4,226 nt of DNA from a virus (lineage: Duplodnaviria > Heunggongvirae > Uroviricota > Caudoviricetes). The translations under genes were made by a program, and so were the position numbers. The stretch covers positions 1 to 4,226 of IMG/VR virus record IMGVR_UViG_2695420739_000014. One strand, written 5' to 3'. The notes under the pieces are model-generated. The model made no database searches, was not told the origin of the DNA, and saw only the letters and a program-made list of their open reading frames with translations. Within the stretch, counting starts at the first letter, position 1; each line of letters starts with the position of its first letter. Below are positions 1 to 4,226 of the stretch, in pieces.

Positions 1-228
1 CGTGGCTGTCTGGAATATGACGTCAGCGCCACCGACATCACCAGCTCGTTTATGGCTATCCGCAAGAGCATGACCAGCAGCGGACGCAGCGCCACCTATG
101 AGGCCAGCCGCAGCGAGGAAGCCAGCCACGCCGACCTCGCCTGGGCGACCATGCATGCCCTGTTAAATGAGCCACTCACCGCCGGTATCAGCACCCCGCT
201 GACATCCACCATTCTGGAGTTTTACTGA
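1..228 (+). CDS. P: Terminase large (ATPase) subunit, C-terminal 75 codons only; the 5' end lies upstream of the window (P2 gpP-like)
   Basis: Frame 1 is open from base 1 to TGA at 226-228 (translation ends ...ASHADLAWATMHALLNEPLTAGISTPLTSTILEFY*). The stop overlaps the portal ATG as TGATG. Position directly upstream of the portal gene and co-oriented matches the P2 P-Q late operon. Not in the ORF track because it has no long start-to-stop ORF inside the window. Confidence 0.75.
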   Translation, partial: RGCLEYDVSATDITSSFMAIRKSMTSSGRSATYEASRSEEASHADLAWATMHALLNEPLTAGISTPLTSTILEFY

Positions 229-1262
229 TGAGCAAGAAAAAAGGGAAAACACCGCAACCTGCGGTAAAAAAAATGGCCGCCAGCGCCCCGAAAATGGAGG
301 CATTCACCTTTGGTGAGCCGGTGCCGGTGCTCGACCGCCGTGACATTCTGGATTACGTCGAATGTATCAGTAACGGCAGATGGTATGAGCCGCCGGTCAG
401 CTTTACCGGTCTGGCAAAAAGCCTGCGTGCTGCCGTGCATCACAGCTCACCGATTTACGTCAAACGCAATATTCTGGCCTCGACATTTATCCCACATCCG
501 TGGCTTTCCCAGCAGGATTTCAGCCGCTTTGTGCTGGATTTTCTGGTGTTCGGTAATGCGTTTCTGGAAAAGCGTTACAGCACCACCGGCAAGGTCATCA
601 GACTGGAAACCTCACCGGCAAAATATACCCGCCGTGGTGTGGAAGAGGATGTTTACTGGTGGGTGCCGTCCTTCAACGAGCCGACAGCCTTCGCACCCGG
701 CTCCGTGTTTCACCTGCTGGAGCCGGATATTAATCAGGAGCTGTACGGCCTGCCGGAATATCTCAGCGCCCTTAACTCTGCCTGGCTGAATGAGTCAGCC
801 ACGCTGTTCCGCCGCAAGTATTACGAAAACGGCGCTCATGCCGGATACATCATGTACGTCACCGATGCCGTGCAGGATCGCAACGATATCGAAATGCTTC
901 GCGAAAACATGGTTAAGTCGAAAGGCCGCAACAACTTTAAAAACCTGTTTCTCTATGCCCCGCAGGGGAAAGCTGACGGCATTAAAATTATCCCGCTCAG
1001 TGAAGTGGCGACGAAGGACGATTTTTTTAATATCAAAAAAGCCAGTGCCGCAGACCTGCTGGACGCGCACCGCATCCCCTTTCAGTTGATGGGCGGCAAG
1101 CCGGAGAACGTCGGGTCGCTGGGTGATATTGAGAAAGTGGCAAAGGTCTTTGTCCGCAATGAGCTTATCCCGTTACAGGACAGGATTCGGGAAATAAACG
1201 GCTGGCTCGGTCAGGAGGTCATCCGCTTTAAAAACTACTCACTGGACACTGACAACGGCTGA
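228..1262 (+). CDS. Q: Phage portal protein (P2 gpQ-like), 344 aa
   Basis: Complete ORF ATG 228 to TGA 1260-1262. GGAG at 216-219 sits 8 nt upstream of the ATG. The translation (MSKKKGKTPQP...EAFTFGEPVPVLDRRDILDYVECISNGRWYEPP...) is recognisable to me as the P2-family portal; length and position next to the terminase gene and about 170 bp from cos agree with P2. Confidence 0.93.
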   Translation: MSKKKGKTPQPAVKKMAASAPKMEAFTFGEPVPVLDRRDILDYVECISNGRWYEPPVSFTGLAKSLRAAVHHSSPIYVKRNILASTFIPHPWLSQQDFSRFVLDFLVFGNAFLEKRYSTTGKVIRLETSPAKYTRRGVEEDVYWWVPSFNEPTAFAPGSVFHLLEPDINQELYGLPEYLSALNSAWLNESATLFRRKYYENGAHAGYIMYVTDAVQDRNDIEMLRENMVKSKGRNNFKNLFLYAPQGKADGIKIIPLSEVATKDDFFNIKKASAADLLDAHRIPFQLMGGKPENVGSLGDIEKVAKVFVRNELIPLQDRIREINGWLGQEVIRFKNYSLDTDNG

Positions 1263-1267
1263 ACATC

Positions 1268-1289
1268 GCCGCCTGCGGGCGGCTTTTTT
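1268..1289 (+). terminator. Rho-independent terminator downstream of the portal gene
   Basis: Perfect 6-bp GC stem GCCGCC (1268-1273) / GGCGGC (1278-1283), 4-nt loop TGCG, followed directly by TTTTTT (1284-1289), starting 6 nt after the Q stop codon. Confidence 0.8.
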
Positions 1290-1431
1290 ACACCCTGTCA
1301 TCACGCCCTCACACGCTCACCACCGCACAAAACACCCCGCAGACACACCAACGCCTCAACGGGCAGACTAAACGCCGTCACGACGCGCTCAGACGCTGAA
1401 AAAATAAAATCAGCACCACCGCCAGCGCGCA

Positions 1432-1450
1432 GTGCTTTCCCCGCCTCGCC
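1432..1450. other. cos cohesive-end site of a P2-like phage (19 nt)
   Basis: GTGCTTTCCCCGCCTCGCC at 1432-1450 is the reverse complement of GGCGAGGCGGGGAAAGCAC, which I recall as the 19-nt cohesive end of phage P2. It lies in a gene-free gap between the portal gene and the converging replication/cargo genes, as in P2. Confidence 0.85.
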
Positions 1451-1540
1451 CGCCCGCTTCATGGGACGCTTTTAATGCAGGAGCATCAGGAGCCTCGCGC
1501 CGCGCCAGCGCTGGTGCTGACTGGCAAATTCTGAAATAAA

Positions 1541-1558
1541 AAACGAATGCAAATTCAT
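1541..1558 (-). terminator. Weak candidate intrinsic terminator downstream of the DUF2971-like gene
   Basis: On the - strand, 21 nt after the TAG stop: 6-bp AT-rich stem AUGAAU (1558-1553) / AUUCGU (1548-1543) with one G-U pair, loop UUGC, then UUUUUUAUUU. The stem is weak, so this is tentative. Confidence 0.3.
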
Positions 1559-1578
1559 GCACCGTATGTATGCAGAGG

Positions 1579-2397
1579 CTATTTAGACTCAAGTTGGATT
1601 TTATAATTTGTAAAATCAGCTTTTGCTGTCATTATTTCAATGCCATTTTTTTTGGCGAAATTTTCAATAAAAACTCGCATATCTCCGGATAGACGCTCGC
1701 CAATAATTATCGCATCAATGCAACATCCTTGCAGGGGAACTTCGATACCACTCTGATGTTCATAAACAGCCTCAGTATCGAGGAAATGCAAGCTTCTTAC
1801 CTCATCCTCTCGCTCCCAATCAGAATGTTTAACAAGTGCAAAATCAAAATTCACAGACACCGGTTCACCACGAGCCATCTCAAGGAGATATTTATAAAAA
1901 TCAACTCTAGGGGCTTTATCGTCATATGTAACATCAAAAAGTTCAATACCCGACCCCTTCAACCTTTCTCTATTATATGCAAAACATATTCCTTTCATTC
2001 CGTTTCCATAATAACCCCACATCAATCTACTATTATAGTTTTTAGTAAAACTTGCTACTGCAACATTCTTTTGAAACTCGATTAGAAAACCACTAGCAAA
2101 ACCGTCCCCCCACACTTCATCAAAGCGTTGATAAATCTTACCAAGCTCATTTTTATCTAATAGTTCTCGAAGCTCCCTCCCTTCACCTGTAATTTTATCC
2201 AATCTATCTATCAGGGTTGATATATCCGACTTATCGAAATACTTAAGGGATTCTTTATCAAAATGATAAAACATGTCAAATGGGTCATTAAGAATGCTAT
2301 TTTTGGAATGCCAAATAGCATTGTTAACAAGCTCATTTATAGTATTGATGTTATCCCCTCTAAACCTGAAGATATGAGTTGCACTTGAAAGAATCAT
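1579..2397 (-). CDS. DUF2971-like protein (272 aa), AT-rich accessory gene; candidate defence/abortive-infection effector, function unknown
   Basis: ORF from ATG (2397-2395) to TAG (1581-1579). AAGGGG Shine-Dalgarno-like sequence 5 nt upstream of the ATG. Spot counts give about 27-42% GC per 60-nt block against about 60% in the portal gene. Motifs I associate with DUF2971: N-terminal ...AIWHSKNSILNDPFDMF... and central ...LMWGYYGNGMKGICFAY... No Walker A P-loop. Confidence 0.8.
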   Translation of the reverse strand: MILSSATHIFRFRGDNINTINELVNNAIWHSKNSILNDPFDMFYHFDKESLKYFDKSDISTLIDRLDKITGEGRELRELLDKNELGKIYQRFDEVWGDGFASGFLIEFQKNVAVASFTKNYNSRLMWGYYGNGMKGICFAYNRERLKGSGIELFDVTYDDKAPRVDFYKYLLEMARGEPVSVNFDFALVKHSDWEREDEVRSLHFLDTEAVYEHQSGIEVPLQGCCIDAIIIGERLSGDMRVFIENFAKKNGIEIMTAKADFTNYKIQLESK

Positions 2398-2463
2398 TCT
2401 GGCCCCTTTTCAGCCGGTCAAGAAAAGTAAGACTCTAACGCCTCACTCGCTCGTTGTTCAACC

Positions 2464-2498
2464 CCGCCAGCACTGAAAGCAAGTTTCAGCACCAGCGG
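2464..2498. repeat. Imperfect inverted repeat in the intergenic gap upstream of the DUF2971-like gene
   Basis: 15-nt arms CCGCCAGCACTGAAA / TTTCAGCACCAGCGG pair at 11 of 15 positions around a 5-nt spacer GCAAG; the inner 6 bp (CTGAAA/TTTCAG, 2473-2489) are perfect. It sits between the small-ORF stop (2511) and the DUF2971-like start (2397). Confidence 0.4.
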
Positions 2499-2510
2499 TG
2501 TTTGCTATGG

Positions 2511-2741
2511 TCAACGTGGCCGCGGAATTATCGGACCTCTCGCTGGTATGAATGATCCATTTTGCTGATTGCTGATATCACGGAGCTTACCGTAATTATC
2601 CCTGACTATTTCGGCACACCCGACCAGCTCGTCAGGCGTCAGATTTTCGTTAACCATAATCTGCTGTAGACGGTGAACAATAGCCATCAGCTTGATATTT
2701 TTAGTTTTATGTTGCGGTATCTCGCCTGGTATTCTGTGCAT
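2511..2741 (-). CDS. Hypothetical small protein (76 aa from the ATG at 2741; the ORF-track start at 2753 is a GTG)
   Basis: ORF ends at TGA 2513-2511. The ATG at 2741-2739 overlaps the TAA stop (2743-2741) of the upstream gene as TAATG, suggesting translational coupling. No strong Shine-Dalgarno sequence and no family recognised (MHRIPGEIPQHKTKNIKLMAIVHRLQQIMVNENLTPDELVGCAEIVRDNYGKLRDISNQQNGSFIPARGPIIPRPR). Confidence 0.4.
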   Translation of the reverse strand: MHRIPGEIPQHKTKNIKLMAIVHRLQQIMVNENLTPDELVGCAEIVRDNYGKLRDISNQQNGSFIPARGPIIPRPR

Positions 2742-3196
2742 TATCCAAGCCACCCGTTTTGCTGTGCACGCTCCATCTGTTCATCTGAATAGTTCCATGC
2801 TCCATCCGTGGCAACCATTGCCCCGCCAGACATCCCCGTCTCTGGTTCATACATAACAGCAAGGCCGAGCTGATGCATAATTTCATGATTAATTCTGAAT
2901 ACCAGACCACGCTCACTAAGTTCTTTCCAGTTCACAATCTCATATGCGCCTGTATTAAGCAGCTCAATACTTAGCAAGACATAATCTTCCAGCCAGTCTG
3001 ACAGGTCAGTAACATCTGTTATCCGGGCTTCAACCTTTCGCCCCGTATACACACCCTGTACCCATTCATGCAAAATCAACGTGTCCCCGCGCTCATAATT
3101 ACGGTCATTTTTCCGAAACTCTGCGCGTTTCTTTCCTTCCAGCACAAGGTCAAAATATTTGGCGTGCAGCTTTACCTCGTGAATTTTTGCCATCAT
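2741..3196 (-). CDS. DUF3850/ASCH-like (PUA-fold) domain protein with C-terminal HExxH motif, 151 aa
   Basis: Start assigned to ATG 3196-3194, which overlaps the TGA stop of the A-like gene (3195-3193) as ATGA; GGAG lies 5 nt upstream. The ORF-track start at 3229 is a GTG inside the A coding region and is less likely. N-terminal MAKIHEVKLHAKYFDLVLEGKKRAEFRKNDRNYERGDTLILHEW... resembles DUF3850/ASCH domains. HEIMH is encoded at 2887..2873. Stop TAA 2743-2741. Confidence 0.75.
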   Translation of the reverse strand: MMAKIHEVKLHAKYFDLVLEGKKRAEFRKNDRNYERGDTLILHEWVQGVYTGRKVEARITDVTDLSDWLEDYVLLSIELLNTGAYEIVNWKELSERGLVFRINHEIMHQLGLAVMYEPETGMSGGAMVATDGAWNYSDEQMERAQQNGWLG

Positions 3197-4226
3197 TTCC
3201 ACTCCATTACTGTTGAGAATCCCGGCCACTCATCAGCGACCGGATACGTGAATTTTTTCCCGTCATAATTTACGGTCGCGCCACGCGCCAGCGCCTCAAG
3301 CTCCCATCGCTGCGGCCTGATACCGTTCTGAGCAAGGTCAACGCGGATACGGGTAATTTGCATTCTTTCCGACCGGGTCAGTCTGGCCGATGGTGCAATT
3401 TCATGTGGTTTTAACGGGCTTCCGTTTCTCTGCTGACGGTTTGGCGTTCGCAGGTCGTGTTTTAATGCGCCCCTGAGCGCCCTCACGACCTCCGGTTCAT
3501 TCCATTCAATAACACCGTCATCAACCAGATTAAGCACGGCTGCGGCGTGCTCAGAAGGTGTGGGAGCCGGTAACGAAGTATCACCACCGGTGAGCTTTCC
3601 ACAGTTATTGACAGGACTCCGAGGCGCGGCGATGCCGCTTTTTAAAGTCAGAGGCTCAACGACCGGAACTTTCGGCACAATGCGCCAGTCCGTCGTTCTG
3701 GTGATATGAATATGACGCGCGCCGAGATGCGGCGCGTAAATGCCGACCACTCTCTCGACTTCTTCCTCGTACTCGTTAACTTCATCCGACGGACTACGGG
3801 CGACCCTGACAGTCTGACAATCGCGCGGGACATTTGCCCCACCCTGCGCGCTGATATACAACGCAAAATCACCACTGTCTGCGGCGGCGCGTGCAGCCTC
3901 GACGCGCTCGTCAAACTCATCAGCAATGCTGACGCCGCGAGGCAATTTGCGTAGTTCACGGTAAGCCCCCATTGTCGGCAGACCAACCGTTTTAAATTGT
4001 GGGATGCGCCACGTTGACGCCCATGCGGTAACAGCCGCAGCAGTGTCTTTCAGCGGTCTGCCGGTATCGTTATCGAGCTGACCATCCAGTGCATAGCCAT
4101 CGATGTTTTTTGAGATGTATTTCGCGATATACCCCGCAGCACCGCCCTGGTTAAGGTGTTTTGCCTGAAAACGGTTTCGCGCGGCTCCTCTTTCGTCGCC
4201 ATCCTCTTTGAGCGCATAGCGACGCA
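3193..4226 (-). CDS. A: Rolling-circle replication initiator endonuclease (P2 gpA-like), C-terminal ~344 codons; the 5' end lies outside the window
   Basis: The - strand frame is open from the window edge (4224) to TGA 3195-3193; the ORF track shows only the part from the internal ATG at 3972. The translation contains GAAGYIAKYISKNIDG with two tyrosines four residues apart, matching the Y-x-x-K-Y active-site arrangement of P2 A as I recall it. If the first tyrosine is Y450, the implied total length is about 761 aa, the size I recall for P2 A. Confidence 0.85.
   Translation of the reverse strand, partial: RRYALKEDGDERGAARNRFQAKHLNQGGAAGYIAKYISKNIDGYALDGQLDNDTGRPLKDTAAAVTAWASTWRIPQFKTVGLPTMGAYRELRKLPRGVSIADEFDERVEAARAAADSGDFALYISAQGGANVPRDCQTVRVARSPSDEVNEYEEEVERVVGIYAPHLGARHIHITRTTDWRIVPKVPVVEPLTLKSGIAAPRSPVNNCGKLTGGDTSLPAPTPSEHAAAVLNLVDDGVIEWNEPEVVRALRGALKHDLRTPNRQQRNGSPLKPHEIAPSARLTRSERMQITRIRVDLAQNGIRPQRWELEALARGATVNYDGKKFTYPVADEWPGFSTVMEWK
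3608..3627 (-). other. Candidate replication origin / A-protein nick site inside the A coding region
   Basis: The - strand reads GCGCCTCGGAGTCCTGTCAA. The P2 ori is known to lie within gene A; I recall the nick-site sequence only approximately, so this is tentative. It is flanked on the + strand by a GC hairpin GCGGC-GAT-GCCGC (3626-3638) followed by TTTTT. Confidence 0.35.

Noticed and set aside
310-1089. ORF-track entries 310..789 (+), 790..1089 (+), 795..1070 (-) and 222..443 (-) overlapping the portal gene
   Set aside because: All lie in alternative frames or on the opposite strand within the well-supported portal gene. Their translations are Cys/Arg/Trp-rich and low-complexity, as expected for out-of-frame readings of GC-rich coding DNA.
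1410-1592. 60-aa - strand ORF spanning the cos site
   Set aside because: It covers the cohesive-end sequence and GC-rich flanks, has no RBS, and gives an Ala/Arg-rich translation typical of a spurious ORF. P2 has no gene across cos.
1729-2085. 118-aa + strand ORF inside the DUF2971-like gene
   Set aside because: Antisense to the longer, RBS-supported - strand ORF. AT-rich DNA generates long spurious antisense ORFs, and its Ile/Leu/Ser/Phe-rich translation fits that.
1579-2397. Identification of the 272-aa cargo protein as a P2 Old-type nuclease
   Set aside because: Old is, as I recall, a roughly 586-aa protein with an N-terminal P-loop ATPase. This ORF is less than half that size and has no GxxxxGK[ST] Walker A motif. 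Relationship to P2 Tin could not be excluded from memory and is left open in the findings.
2433-2461. Possible sigma-70 promoter TTGAAC-N17-TTAGAG on the - strand upstream of the DUF2971-like gene
   Set aside because: The -10 hexamer lacks the most conserved positions (A2 and T6 of TATAAT) and no better hexamer pair with proper spacing was found by eye. A promoter probably exists in this gap, but I cannot place it from sequence alone.
3197-3229. Upstream GTG starts for the DUF3850-like gene (3229) and the small ORF (2753), as shown in the ORF track
   Set aside because: The codons at 3229-3227 and 2753-2751 are GTG, displayed as M by the track. In each case an ATG overlapping the upstream stop codon (ATGA at 3196, TAATG at 2741) is a more parsimonious, translationally coupled start.
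2707-3268. ORF-track entries 2707..2916 (-) and 3068..3268 (+) overlapping the DUF3850-like gene
   Set aside because: Alternative-frame or antisense overlaps of a better-supported gene; no independent signals.
3648-3986. ORF-track entries 3648..3986 (-) and 3706..3954 (+) inside the replication gene
   Set aside because: Out-of-frame or antisense relative to the continuous A-like reading frame, which is open across the whole region to the window edge.
1-4226. CRISPR arrays, tRNA/rRNA genes, IS elements or attachment-site repeats
   Set aside because: No regularly spaced direct repeats, no tRNA-like cloverleaf candidates, and no terminal inverted repeats with a transposase ORF were seen. The prophage-host junctions lie elsewhere in a P2-type genome, not next to cos.

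Overview
This window appears to span the joined genome ends of a P2-like (Peduovirus-type) prophage from an enterobacterial host. Reading along the + strand: the 3' end of the terminase large-subunit gene (P-like, 1..228), the portal gene (Q-like, 228..1262), an intrinsic terminator, a C/A-rich non-coding tract, and the 19-nt cohesive-end (cos) sequence at 1432..1450, which matches the phage P2 cos as I recall it. Beyond cos, all on the - strand and converging on it: the C-terminal ~344 codons of the rolling-circle replication initiator (A-like, 3193..>4226, with a Y-x-x-K-Y motif), then about 1.6 kb of accessory cargo (1579..3196) at the position where P2 carries its variable orf91/tin/old locus. 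The cargo is three genes: a 151-aa DUF3850/ASCH-like protein with a C-terminal HExxH motif, whose start overlaps the A stop; a 76-aa ORF, whose start overlaps the previous stop; and a strongly AT-rich 272-aa gene (about 35-40% GC against 55-60% in the phage core) whose product has DUF2971-like motifs. I regard this cargo block, and the DUF2971-like gene in particular, as the most likely place for an uncharacterised phage-defence or abortive-infection function. No tRNA, rRNA, CRISPR array, IS element or attachment site was seen. All family assignments come from reading the translations and from memory of P2 biology; nothing was searched or computed beyond hand translation and spot base counts.
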